Shown: in pieces, positions 9,964-20,312 of the stretch
Position numbering within the stretch: the first letter of the stretch is position 1
Layout of the letters: every line of letters begins with the position of its first letter
Assembly (NCBI GenBank): GCA_963817385.1
Contig: CAWFOM010000010.1
Location: forward strand, 320,001-384,000
Source of the DNA: an uncultured delta proteobacterium
Lineage (GTDB): Bacteria > Desulfobacterota > Syntrophia > Syntrophales > UBA5619
Direction: 5' to 3'
DNA: 64,000 nt
Translations under genes and position numbers: made by a program
The notes under the pieces: generated by a model
Databases searched by the model: none
What the model was told of the DNA's origin: nothing
What the model saw: only the letters and a program-made list of their open reading frames with translations

Positions 9964-12258
9964 ATGATTGATATGATCAAGGACAAAGAGGTCTCGGAAC
10001 TCGAAGAAAAGCTCCAGTTGCGCAAGGCCCTGGTTGACATCACCAACAGGATCCACGCCGCCCAGAATATCAAACAGATTCTCGTCGATCTGAAGGACGG
10101 AATACTGAACCTCTTCAGCGCCCACTCCATTACCATCTATGTGGTCGACCAGCCGCGAAAAGAGATCTATTCCATGTTCCTCAGCGGCACCCAGGTGAAA
10201 GAAATCCGGGTGCCGATCAACAACAGGAGTATCGCCGGGTATGTGGCTAATACCGGCAAAACGGTCACCATCGGCGACGCCTACGATGTCGCCGAACTGA
10301 AGTTGATCGACAAGGATTTGGCATTTGATATGAGCTGGGACAAGAAGTCCGGATTCCGGACCAAACAGGTCCTGGCCGTACCGATCATCCATAACAACAC
10401 CCTCATGGGTGTCCTCCAGATCCTCAACAAGAAGAGAGGCAAAGGCAATTTTTCCAATGATGACCGAGGATTTCTCCAAGAGATCTCGGACGTCCTCAGC
10501 GTCGCCTTCTTCAACCAGGAGCGGTACGCACGGCGGCGCAAGACACGCTTCGATTACCTGATCAGCCACGACCTCATCAAGGAGGAGGAGCTGGACAATG
10601 CGTGGGAGGAATCAAGGGAAGCAAAGGAACCCATTGAAGATTACCTGATGAAACAGCATGCTATCTCGCGAGAGAACCTTGGCCGCTCCTTCGAGGAGTT
10701 CTTCCGCTGCAAATTCATCCCCTTCTCTGATAAAACGCCCATCCCGAGCGACCTGCTCATCAATCTCAAGAAAGAGTACCTCCGCCGGGAACTCTGGGTT
10801 CCGCTGGGAAAGAAGGACGGCATCATCCATGTCATCGTAGATGATCCGAAAAACATCCTGAAACGCGACATGATCGAAAACCTCCTGAAAACTAAATCCG
10901 TCCGCTATGATGTTTCCCTTCCCGCTGATATCATAAAATATATCAACCATTTCTATCATTCTTCCGAGGATGACGCTTCCATCACCGAAATCCTCGGCAA
11001 ACTCGACGCCGATGATGAGCCGACGGATGAAGACGAAGAGATAGTCAATGAATCGGACAGTGTGATCATGCAACTCGTCAACAAAATCATCCTTGACGCC
11101 CAGACCAAACGCGCCTCCGATATTCACATCGAACCGAACATCGCAAAAAAGAACGTCGAGGTCCGCTACCGTGTCGACGGCGACTGCGCCATCTATCAGA
11201 CCCTCCCCTACAGCTACCGTGCGGCGGTCGTCTCCCGCATCAAGATCATGTCGAACCTCGATATCACCGTCCGGCGTCTTCCGCAGGACGGCAAGATCAA
11301 GTTCAAGAAACCGGGCGGCGAGGAGATCGAGCTGCGCGTGGCCACCATCCCCACCCAGGGAGGCGTGGAGGATGTCGTGTTGCGGATCCTGGCCAGGAGC
11401 GGGAGCACCTTGCCCCTCACCGCCATGGGGATGTCGGTGCGCAACTTCCGGGAACTCAAGGTCATCCTGGATAAACCCTACGGGATGATCCTCGTCGTCG
11501 GACCCACCGGTTCCGGCAAGACGACCACTCTGCACGCCGCCCTTCACGAGATCAACAGACCCGATCGAAAGATCTGGACTGCCGAGGACCCCGTGGAAAT
11601 TACCCAGTACGGACTCCGTCAGGTCCAGGTTCATTCGAAGATCGGATTCGACTTCGCCGCCGCCATGCGCGCTTTTCTCCGGGCCGACCCGGATATAATC
11701 ATGGTGGGGGAGATGCGTGACTTTGAAACGGCCAAGATCGGTGTCGAGGCGTCGCTGACGGGCCATCTCGTCTTGAGCACCCTCCACACCAACAGCGCTC
11801 CGGAGACGATCGTCCGCCTCCTCGACATGGGAATCGACCCGCTCAATTTTGCCGACGCGCTCCTCGGCATCCTCGCCCAACGTCTCGTCCGGACCCTCTG
11901 CAAAAAGTGCAAGGAGGCTTACCATCCGAAACGCAGTGAATACGACGAGATCATGGAGAGTTATGGAGAGGAGCAATTTCTGAAGCTGGATATCCCCTAT
12001 GACGACAAGTTCATGCTCTACCGTCCGAAGGGGTGTGAGGCATGCGAAAAGTCGGGTTACAGAGGCCGGATGGGTATCCACGAGTTCATCGTCGCCACGG
12101 ATGGGATCAAGCGATTGATCCAGAAGCACGCGTCCGTAGAGGCGATGCGGGATTTAGCAATAGAAGAAGGAATGACGACCCTCCTGCAGGACGGCATCAG
12201 CAAATCGATCCAAGGGGTCACCGACTTCAAGCAGGTGAGACGGGTCTGCATCAAATAG
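9964..12258 (+). CDS. GAF-domain GspE/PulE/PilB-family secretion ATPase
   Basis: N-terminal GAF (SIAGYVANTG, DKKSGFRTKQVLAVPI, GVLQILNK); ASDIHIEP, GPTGSGKTTTL, TAEDPVE, LRADPDIIMVGEMRD, STLHTNSA, CxxC pairs. Confidence 0.92.
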   Translation: MIDMIKDKEVSELEEKLQLRKALVDITNRIHAAQNIKQILVDLKDGILNLFSAHSITIYVVDQPRKEIYSMFLSGTQVKEIRVPINNRSIAGYVANTGKTVTIGDAYDVAELKLIDKDLAFDMSWDKKSGFRTKQVLAVPIIHNNTLMGVLQILNKKRGKGNFSNDDRGFLQEISDVLSVAFFNQERYARRRKTRFDYLISHDLIKEEELDNAWEESREAKEPIEDYLMKQHAISRENLGRSFEEFFRCKFIPFSDKTPIPSDLLINLKKEYLRRELWVPLGKKDGIIHVIVDDPKNILKRDMIENLLKTKSVRYDVSLPADIIKYINHFYHSSEDDASITEILGKLDADDEPTDEDEEIVNESDSVIMQLVNKIILDAQTKRASDIHIEPNIAKKNVEVRYRVDGDCAIYQTLPYSYRAAVVSRIKIMSNLDITVRRLPQDGKIKFKKPGGEEIELRVATIPTQGGVEDVVLRILARSGSTLPLTAMGMSVRNFRELKVILDKPYGMILVVGPTGSGKTTTLHAALHEINRPDRKIWTAEDPVEITQYGLRQVQVHSKIGFDFAAAMRAFLRADPDIIMVGEMRDFETAKIGVEASLTGHLVLSTLHTNSAPETIVRLLDMGIDPLNFADALLGILAQRLVRTLCKKCKEAYHPKRSEYDEIMESYGEEQFLKLDIPYDDKFMLYRPKGCEACEKSGYRGRMGIHEFIVATDGIKRLIQKHASVEAMRDLAIEEGMTTLLQDGISKSIQGVTDFKQVRRVCIK

Positions 12259-12262
12259 CGAC

Positions 12263-12387
12263 TACGGCTTCGGAAAACGTCCGGATGCTGCGTTGCGCTT
12301 CCTCCCTCGTCATTGCTGCGTACGCTGGGGTACGCCTCATTCCTCGTGACTCGCGCGCCTTGCCTGCAAACGTTTTGCGAAGCCGTC
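12263..12387. repeat. Palindromic intergenic repeat element, copy 2
   Basis: Ends ACGGCTTCGGAAAACGT / ACGTTTTGCGAAGCCGT; shares GCGTTGCGCTTCC, GTACGCCTCATTCCTC and TCGCGCGCCTTGCCT with copy 1. Confidence 0.85.
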
Positions 12388-12422
12388 TACGATTCACGCC
12401 GCATAAAAGTGCGAGGAATGAG

Positions 12423-12611
12423 ATGACTAATACGATAATGGTGGGTGTAAAGATTCTTTCACATAAAGAGAAATATTGTAATCATTGCTCTCGGAGAGAA
12501 GAGGGATGTGACTTCAAACTTGCTACCGAGGCTGACAAATATTGTAAATCAAAATCAGAAGACAAAGAAATTGAAGCTGATTTTATATGGTGCTATAAGC
12601 CCATCGAGTAG
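12423..12611 (+). CDS. Small AT-rich Cys-containing hypothetical protein (62 aa)
   Basis: GAGGA upstream; MTNTIMVGVKILSHKEKYCNHCSRREEGCDFKLATEADKYCKSKSEDKEIEADFIWCYKPIE. Confidence 0.45.
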   Translation: MTNTIMVGVKILSHKEKYCNHCSRREEGCDFKLATEADKYCKSKSEDKEIEADFIWCYKPIE

Positions 12612-12663
12612 AGCAACTCTCCCAATCCTTCTTTGCTAGAGCTGCAACAATCACATCGACCGA

Positions 12664-13287
12664 TCAGTTAACCGGTCTCTTCAGGGCCGACGCGATGTCG
12701 GCGATGACCTGCGTCGAGAGCTGCGTCATCGCCCGGCTCATGGCTTCCGCAAAACCGGAAGCTCCCTCCGTTTTAAAAAGCGCCTCGCTCCGGTATGTCT
12801 TCTGAAAGACAACGCGCTCAGGCAGTTCCCGCCGCGAGAGGTCGAGGAGGGTGAGCGTCGCGACCAAAAGGGCTTTCCTGCCCCCTCCTTCCTCTACCTC
12901 GAAAAAATCCTCCACCCCCCCTTCCATGATGAAACGGGGCTCCTCGGCATTGCGAGGGGAAAGCACCGCCCGGAAGATGCCGGCATGACGCAGATCGCGC
13001 CGCAGAAGGTCCGCCACCATCTCCGCAGGCGCGACCCTCCAGCGGTGCTCATGATAGGCATCCAGGCGGAAGGGTCCCTGACGGTAGAGCATGGCCGGAC
13101 CGGCCAAGAGTCGGTCCGCGGTAAAATGCTCCACCTTGAGCATCTCTGGGACTCCGACCCCTCCCGCAGCGTTGGGGGAGGGATATTCGAGAACGTATTG
13201 TCGAACCAGCGGGGCCGACCCCGTCGGGCCGAGGCAACCGGTCAGTCCGATCATAACCAGGATGATCCCGAAGCGTTTCATCATCAC
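12664..13287 (-). CDS. ABC-type transport auxiliary lipoprotein (PqiC-like)
   Basis: Lipobox LTGC, YHEHRWRVAPAEM; last gene of the mlaE/F/D cluster. Confidence 0.8.
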   Translation of the reverse strand: MMMKRFGIILVMIGLTGCLGPTGSAPLVRQYVLEYPSPNAAGGVGVPEMLKVEHFTADRLLAGPAMLYRQGPFRLDAYHEHRWRVAPAEMVADLLRRDLRHAGIFRAVLSPRNAEEPRFIMEGGVEDFFEVEEGGGRKALLVATLTLLDLSRRELPERVVFQKTYRSEALFKTEGASGFAEAMSRAMTQLSTQVIADIASALKRPVN

Positions 13288-14270
13288 CTCACCTCTCCCC
13301 CGCTCTCCCGATCGTCGCGAACAGGCCGGCTGAAGAGCAGATCCGAGGGATTTTCACGGAGCCGCTCGATCAGCTTCCGGAGACTCTCCACCGCCTGGCG
13401 GAATTCATCGATCGTTGTATCGAGATCGGCGGCCATCGTTCTCGTCCGGCGGTCAAGCCCTTCGATAAGGTTCCTCGCCCTCCCGGCGGTTTCGGCGGCC
13501 TGGATCTTTTCCATTTCCGTCGTAACAGCGGCGACGAGTTGCCTGGTCTCGGCAATCCCCTGCCGGCTCTCCCCGACCCCCTGCCTGGCCTCGCCGATCC
13601 CCCGTTCCACCCCCTCGATAATTCCCTCCACCTTCCCCGCGGCCAGTATGCTCTCGACCCTTTGGAGGCTGCGATCCAGACCGACCGTCGACGAATCGAG
13701 GTTTTTCATGATCCGCTTCATCTCCCCACCGGTGAGATAGGTCTCCACCGCCCGTGACGTCTGCTTGAGCTGGTCGACGACCCCCTTGAGATCCACCTCG
13801 GCGATCTGCTCCATTATCCGATCTACGCTGGAGAACACCTGCTTCGACTGGGAAGGCTGCGAAGGGATGACCGGGTAGAGGGTCTTCATCTCTTTCGGAG
13901 GGAGAAAGAGATGAACGCGCTCGGGTCTCCGGTCGAGTTCGATAAAGACGATCCCCGTGATACCCGCAGCTTTGAGCTGACTCACCGCGCTGCGTTCGAT
14001 GTCGGCTTCAAGGTTGATCTTGATCACCACTTCCACCAGCTTCTGATCGGGGGCGACGCCGATTCGCTGCACGCTCCCGACATCCACCCCGCGGTATTTG
14101 ACCCGCGAGTCGACCTGCAACCCCTGCACGGATTCGTCAAAATAGGTCACGTACCGCGTCCCCTTCTCGAAATACTGCGATGCCCCCAGCCAGATGACAG
14201 CAGCGACGCCGATCATGACCCCCCCGATGACAAAAAGACCGGTCATGAATCTCGCCTGTCGATTCGCCAT
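13284..14270 (-). CDS. MCE/MlaD family protein
   Basis: N-terminal TM, ESVQGLQVDSRVKYRGVDVGSV, GITGIVFIEL, helical tail ending NPSDLLF. Confidence 0.9.
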   Translation of the reverse strand: MANRQARFMTGLFVIGGVMIGVAAVIWLGASQYFEKGTRYVTYFDESVQGLQVDSRVKYRGVDVGSVQRIGVAPDQKLVEVVIKINLEADIERSAVSQLKAAGITGIVFIELDRRPERVHLFLPPKEMKTLYPVIPSQPSQSKQVFSSVDRIMEQIAEVDLKGVVDQLKQTSRAVETYLTGGEMKRIMKNLDSSTVGLDRSLQRVESILAAGKVEGIIEGVERGIGEARQGVGESRQGIAETRQLVAAVTTEMEKIQAAETAGRARNLIEGLDRRTRTMAADLDTTIDEFRQAVESLRKLIERLRENPSDLLFSRPVRDDRESGGEVR

Positions 14271-15041
14271 TTACCCCCCCTTTCCCCCTTCTTCCCGAAA
14301 GAGAAATCGCCGGATCCGCGGGTCTTTCGCCGAGAGGCGGAGTTCCTCCGGGGCGCCCGCCGCGATGATCCCCTTTTCCTCCCGATCGAGCATGATGACC
14401 CGATCGGCGACACGCAGCACCAGCTCAACCTGGTGGCTCACGATGACCATCGTCGTGCCGAGACCCGCGTTGATCCCCTTGATCAGCGTCTCCAACTCCG
14501 CCGCGTTGATCGGATCGAGACCCGCCGAAGGCTCGTCAAAAAAGAGGACCCCCGGGTCAAGCGCCATCGCCCTGGCTAGTCCGCCCCGCTTCCGCATCCC
14601 CCCCGACAGCTCTGTCGGGTAGTGGTTCTCATACCCCGCGAGGTTGACCATCGCGAGTTTCATCCGTATGATGAATTTCCTCGTCTCGGGGGAGATCCCG
14701 TTTACGGAACCGAGCGGTAAGGCAACATTCTCCCCAAGGGTCATGGATCCGAGGAGGGCGTCTGACTGGAAGAGGACGCCGATCTCTTTCCTGATCCGAT
14801 TGAGCTCCTCGTCGTCGGCGGCGGCGATATCGGTTTTGCCGATAATCACCCGGCCGGCGGCCGGCCGGATGAGGCCGATCATGTGCTTGAGAAGCGTGGA
14901 TTTGCCGCAACCGCTCCCCCCGATGATGCAGAGGATCTCCCCGCCAAACACCTCCAGACTGACGTTTTCCAGAACGGTCGTTTCTCCGAAGTTTGCCGTC
15001 AGCCCTTCCACGGTGATGACCGGTTCACCCGCTTTGCTCAC
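14271..15041 (-). CDS. MlaF-type ABC transporter ATP-binding protein
   Basis: GGSGCGKST, LSGGMRKR, FFDEPSAGLDP. Confidence 0.92.
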   Translation of the reverse strand: MSKAGEPVITVEGLTANFGETTVLENVSLEVFGGEILCIIGGSGCGKSTLLKHMIGLIRPAAGRVIIGKTDIAAADDEELNRIRKEIGVLFQSDALLGSMTLGENVALPLGSVNGISPETRKFIIRMKLAMVNLAGYENHYPTELSGGMRKRGGLARAMALDPGVLFFDEPSAGLDPINAAELETLIKGINAGLGTTMVIVSHQVELVLRVADRVIMLDREEKGIIAAGAPEELRLSAKDPRIRRFLFREEGGKGG

Positions 15042-15073
15042 TGGTATTCTCCCTCTCCCGTTTCATCCCTTCC

Positions 15074-16219
15074 TCAACCCACGTAATGCAGGACGACCGC
15101 GAACGCCGAGTCCACGATCACGATCAGTAGAATGGAGGTGACAACCGCCGAGGTGGTCGCCGCGCCCACCTCCTCGACGTCTCCCCGTACCTGAAACCCG
15201 CGCTGGCAGCCTATCCACGCGATGACAAAGGCAAAGACCGCCGCTTTGACAAGGCCGGAAACCAGGTCGGATGCGGAGATGGCCCGTTGACTCTCCAGGA
15301 GATACGTATAGGGGGTCAGATCGAGCCCCGTTACCCCGACGATCATCCCGCCCGCAATCCCGAAGAGATCGGCATACAGGGTGAGCAGGGGCAGGACCAG
15401 CACCGTGGCGATAAGCTTGGGAACGGCGAGAAAACGGATCGGGTCGAACCCCATGGTCGCGAGGGCATCCACTTCGTCATGGACCACCATGCTCCCGATC
15501 TCCGCGGCGTAGGCCGATGCGGAACGGCCGGCCACCAGGATGGCGGTCATGATTGGCCCCAGTTCGCGAACAATGGCCACCGCCACGAGCGATGCGACGT
15601 AGATATTTGCCCCGAACTGCTTGAGCTGGAGGGAGGACATGAACGCAATGATCAACCCGATGAGGAGGCTTATCAGTCCGACGATGGGCAGCCCTTCCGC
15701 CCCCGCCCGCCGCATGGAGAAGAGGACATCGCCCCAGCGGACGTCACGGGGATGGCCGATAAGATGGGCCAAAGCCGCTACGAGATCTCCCAGAAACGTC
15801 ATCATTGCCGAGAAATCCCCGGCAATCCGGAAGCCGGCGTCTCCCATCGCCTCGATAACGCCCCCGGACGCCCCTTCCGTGCGGAGCGGCGGCCGGGCCA
15901 GCCCTTCGCGGTCGATCAGACCCATGAGCCGATGGATCTCGGGAGAAACATGGAGGTACGAGTGGGTGCGGCCCATCCGGAGGACCTTCTCTTCCAGCCG
16001 GAAAAGGGTGAGGAGACCCGCACTGTCCATATAGGAAAGCCCGGCCAGGTCGACCGTGACGGCCGCGGTCCTCCGGTCATCCAAGAAGGCTTCCATTTCG
16101 GCGAGCAGCCGATCCGCATCGGCCAGGGATACCCGCCCGGAGAGGGAAATAACCATCTCTGCTTCGTTTTCCGATTGCACCTGGAGGGTGTAACGGCTCT
16201 GTGATGCTGTCATTTGCAT
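15074..16219 (-). CDS. STAS-domain MlaE-type ABC permease
   Basis: N-terminal STAS (VDLAGLSYMDSAG); VRELGPIMTAILVAGRSASAYAAEIGSM, VGAATTSAVV. Confidence 0.92.
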   Translation of the reverse strand: MQMTASQSRYTLQVQSENEAEMVISLSGRVSLADADRLLAEMEAFLDDRRTAAVTVDLAGLSYMDSAGLLTLFRLEEKVLRMGRTHSYLHVSPEIHRLMGLIDREGLARPPLRTEGASGGVIEAMGDAGFRIAGDFSAMMTFLGDLVAALAHLIGHPRDVRWGDVLFSMRRAGAEGLPIVGLISLLIGLIIAFMSSLQLKQFGANIYVASLVAVAIVRELGPIMTAILVAGRSASAYAAEIGSMVVHDEVDALATMGFDPIRFLAVPKLIATVLVLPLLTLYADLFGIAGGMIVGVTGLDLTPYTYLLESQRAISASDLVSGLVKAAVFAFVIAWIGCQRGFQVRGDVEEVGAATTSAVVTSILLIVIVDSAFAVVLHYVG

Positions 16220-16306
16220 GGAGATATCGATCCCCCGGTAAAGAAATTGCTCCCCTTCCCCAACGGACGTTCGCGCCGACGCCTCCGAGGGGATTCGGCA
16301 GGCTTT

Positions 16307-18932
16307 TCAGGAGCGCTCCAGCCGCTCCTTCCAGTCAGCCAGTCGCTGCATCGCTTCAAGGGGCGTCAGATTCATCAGATCGAGCTTACGGATCTCATCC
16401 GCGATTCCGTCCTTCTGGTCCGCAAAGAGGTTGAGCTGGTTTGTGCTCTTTTGGCTCGTCTTCCGGCCGCGGGCGATCTTCGGCATCCCGACCTCGTCGA
16501 GTTCCCCCTGCTCCATGTTCCGGAGGATCTCCCTCGCCCGCGAAAGCACCTCGGCGGGCACCCCGGCGATCCGCGCCACCTGGATGCCGTAGCTCCGGTT
16601 TGTCCCCCCTTCCATGATCTTCCTCAGGAAGATGATCTTCTCCCCCCATTCCCGGACGGCGATGTTGAAATTCCGGACCCCGTCCTTCGTGACGGCGAGT
16701 TCCGTGAGCTCGTGATAATGGGTGGCAAAGAGGGTCCTGCGCCCCGAGGGGGGCTGCGTCGTGGATATATTCCGCTACCGCCCAGGCGATGCTGAGGCCG
16801 TCGAAGGTGCTCGTCCCCCGGCCGACTTCGTCCAGGATGATGAGGCTCCGCTTGGTGGCGTGACGGAGGATGTTCGCCACCTCGGTCATCTCGACCATAA
16901 ACGTGCTCTGTCCCCGGGCAAGGCTGTCGGCTGCGCCGATACGGGTGAAAATCCTATCGACGATCCCGATCCGGGCCCGGGCGGCGGGAACGAAGCTCCC
17001 CATCTGGGCCATGAGCACAATCAGGGCGACCTGCCGGATATAGGTCGATTTTCCCGCCATGTTGGGACCGGTGATGATGAGAAACCGGTTCTTCTCCAGA
17101 TCGAGGCAGAGATCGTTCGGAACGAACCCCGTGGCTGCGGGTATCCGCTCCACGACCGGATGTCTGCCGTCGGTGATCTCGATTGTCTCTTCCGCGTCGA
17201 CCACGGGGCAGCAGTAATTGTTTCGCTCGGCAACCTCGGCAAGCGATGCAATCGCGTCAAGATCGGCGATCTTAGACGCCGTTTCCTGTATCCTCCGGAT
17301 TGCCCCGGCGATCCTCGTGCGGATCTCGACGAAGAGATCGTATTCCCGGGCCTGCCGCCGCTCTTCCGCATGGAGGACCGTCTCCTCGTACCCTTTGAGC
17401 TCCTCATTGATGTACCGCTCCGCATTGACCAGGGTTTGCTTGCGGATATAGTCAGGCGGAACCAGAGAGGCGTTCGCCTTCGTCACCTCGAGGTAATACC
17501 CGAAGACGCTGTTGAATCCCACCTTCAGGGAAGCGATCCCCGTCCGTCGCCGCTCTTTCTCCTCGAGGGCTGCGATCCACTGACGTCCGTCCCGCATAAT
17601 CGCGATGAGTCCGTCAAGCTCCGCATCGTACCCTTCCCGGATGATCCCCCCTTCGCGTATCGTAAGCGGTGGGTCCTCGACGATCGCACGCTCGATCAGT
17701 TCCCGAATGTCGGGCATCTCATCGATCCCGATATGGATCGCCCTCAAGAGCGGCGCTTCGCCCTCACGGATAAGAGCACGGATTGCCGGCAGTGCGGCAA
17801 GAGACGTTCGGAGAGCCGCGAGATCCCGTCCGTTGGCGATTCCCACGGCGATCCGGCTTCCGAGGCGTTCCAGGTCGTAGACGGATTGGAGAGAGCTGCG
17901 CAGGTTCTCCCGGAGCAGATGGTTGTTGCGAAGCTCGGAGACGGCGGCCAGCCTTTCCCTGATCCGTACAGGATCGCGGAGGGGATAGTTGAGCCACCAT
18001 CGGAGCCGTCTTGCCCCCAGAGAAGTGACCGTCTGGTCGAGGACATGGAAGAGCGACCCGGCCTTCTTCCCCTCGACGATCGTGGCGAAGAGTTCGAGAT
18101 TGCGCTTGGCGACATCGTCCAGGATCAGATGGGCGCCGCTTTCGTACCAGACAAGATCGTTGATATGGCCGAGTTGGTCCTTCTGCGTCTCGGCCATGTA
18201 GGCAAGGACGGCGCCGGCGGCGGCGGCCGTCGCCGGATGGCTCTCCAATGCCAGTTGCGCAAGTTTTTCCGCGGGGAAGTGGCTGCCCAGACGGAGCATG
18301 GCCGCTTCCGGATCGAATCGCTCCGGCGGGAAGCGGTTGATCAGGCAGCGCTCCTCATCGCCGGCAATGGCCCTCAGCAGATCGTCATCCCGGAGATCCT
18401 CCGCGACGATCAGCTCGCGGATCTCGATCCCGGCCGTCTCGGCGCGAAAAAAGTCGCGGTCCGCCGCTTCGGTCACCCGGAATTCCCCCGTCGAGATATC
18501 GACGAAGGCAAGGCCGAAGCGGCCTTCCCGGACGACCAGCGCCGCGAGAAAGTTGTTCTCCTTGGAGCGGAGGTTTTCCGTATCGAGAACAAGGCCGGGG
18601 GTCACGATGCGCACGACCTCGCGCCTGACGACCCCTTTGGCCTGCTTCGGATCCTCCATCTGCTCGCAGACGGCTACCTTGAACCCCTTGGCAATGAGCT
18701 TTGCAATGTAGGAGGAGCCGGCATGGTAAGGAACCCCGCAAAGGGGTATGGCGTCCTTGCTGTTCTTGTTGCGGGAGGTAAGCGTGATCTCGAGTATGCG
18801 GGAGGCGGTCACGGCATCCTCGAAAAACATCTCGTAAAAGTCGCCCATCCGGAAAAAGAGAATGCAGTCGGGATAGCGCTCTTTCATCTCCGCATACTGA
18901 CGCATGGCCGGGGTCAGGTCGCTCACTCCCAT
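16307..18932 (-). CDS. mutS: DNA mismatch repair protein MutS (frameshift near 16740, probably error)
   Basis: [67 protein letters not shown] in a second frame. Confidence 0.96.
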
Positions 18933-19325
18933 CGGCCTCCCCTCTTTTGCAGATCGATATACGACGAGCGCTCCACCTTCCCCCGTCCGCCGATAAAGGC
19001 GTTCAGGAGCCAACTCACAAGACCGATGATCAGGGCGCCGATCACGGCGGTCCAGAAACCGTGGACCGTGAAACCGGGTATCAGCTCGGAGACGATCTTC
19101 AGCATCAGGGCGTTGATCACGAAAGGTGAAGAGTCCGAGCGTCACGATATTGAGGGGGAGCGTCAGGAGGATGAGGAGGGGGCGGAGAAAGGCATTGAGG
19201 AGTCCCAGCGTCGCCGCCGCCAGTATCGCGGAAACCATGCCGTCCACACGGATGCCGTCAAGGAGCCTGGATGCCGCCAGAACAGCCGCCGTCAATACCA
19301 CCCAACGTAGCAGTACCCCTCTCAT
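18923..19325 (-). CDS. YvlD/DUF360 (holin-like) membrane protein (frameshift near 19120)
   Basis: [29 protein letters not shown] joined to [24 protein letters not shown]. Confidence 0.85.
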
Positions 19326-19474
19326 TCCGATCCCCCCTGCCCCTTAGCAGGGTGGCGAAAACACCCTGCCGAAACCAGCCGCCGCGGAGTGATTTCCCGC
19401 CCTCTCACCCATTTACAGACCCCGACAGGGGACGGTTGCCCAAACGGCGGCCGGGTCTGGACCGACTCCATTCA

Positions 19475-19969
19475 CTATGTGAACCGCCTGAATTGATCCT
19501 CTTTGGCGCCGCAGACCGGACAGATCTCCGGCCGGACGCCGTCCGCGACATAACCGCAGACCAGGCAGACAAAGTATTCCGTCTCCCGTTCGGCCATCAG
19601 GTGGTTCATCGCCTCCTTGTAGAGTTTCGCATGCGTCTCCTCCACATCCTTACTCTGGCGGAAAAGGAGGACCGCAGCCCGGTTTCCCTCCGCTTCAGCC
19701 CGTCTGACGAAGTCGGCATAGGCGACCTCTGCCACCCCCCGCTCCGACTGGAAACTCTCCGCCAAATTCTCCTCGGTCGTCTTGAGCTCATGGAGCGCCT
19801 TGAGCGCCCTCGACCCGTGGATCTCTTCCGAGCGGGCGATCACCCGGAAGAGCTTGGCGATCTGCGGATACCCATCCTCCTCGGCCTTTTCCGCATACAC
19901 CTTCAGACGCAGAGAGGCCTTGGCCTCACCGGTATAAGCCTGCTGCAACGCATCGTGCGTGCCATCCAT
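19475..19969 (-). CDS. Rubrerythrin family protein
   Basis: AYTGEAKA, AEEDGYPQIAKLF, EEIH, EETH diiron ligands; C-terminal CLVCGY..CPVCG. Confidence 0.93.
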   Translation of the reverse strand: MDGTHDALQQAYTGEAKASLRLKVYAEKAEEDGYPQIAKLFRVIARSEEIHGSRALKALHELKTTEENLAESFQSERGVAEVAYADFVRRAEAEGNRAAVLLFRQSKDVEETHAKLYKEAMNHLMAERETEYFVCLVCGYVADGVRPEICPVCGAKEDQFRRFT

Positions 19970-20106
19970 GCCGTTTCCCTCAGCTCTCCGTAGTGAATCT
20001 TCTTCTCCGCACTCCCTCTCATTTCCTCCGTAAGGTGAGGAGAGAGTGAACGTTTTACCCAGTCATCAACGATAGACGTCGGCGGAAAGATGTCCGAACG
20101 CCGCTG

Positions 20107-20265
20107 CTATTCCGGCGCAAATTGATCTTTCGCTGCGCCGCAGACCGGGCAGACCCACTCATCGGGCAGGTCTGCAAAAGCGACCCCTTTTTTGACACCC
20201 GCATCCGGATCACCCTCGGCAGGGTCATAGACATACCCGCAGACACTGCATACATATCGTTTCAT
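20107..20265 (-). CDS. Rubredoxin (52 aa; absent from ORF track)
   Basis: Manual translation [62 protein letters not shown]. Confidence 0.97.
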   Translation of the reverse strand: MKRYVCSVCGYVYDPAEGDPDAGVKKGVAFADLPDEWVCPVCGAAKDQFAPE

Positions 20266-20312
20266 CTTTTTTCCTCCTTCTCCGGTATGGTGAACCGTTT
20301 ATGTCCGCCCGG

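Noticed and set aside
16722..19310. 862-aa plus-strand ORF and other long antisense ORFs (e.g. 33815-35959, 10612-12129, 27849-29090)
   Set aside because: Shadow frames of real genes in GC-rich DNA, with no recognisable motifs
16395..19325. Apparent 976-aa holin-MutS fusion
   Set aside because: Two overlapping genes joined by a frameshift near 19120; the membrane protein's own C-terminus is in ORF 18923-19120 and mutS has its own GGAGG RBS
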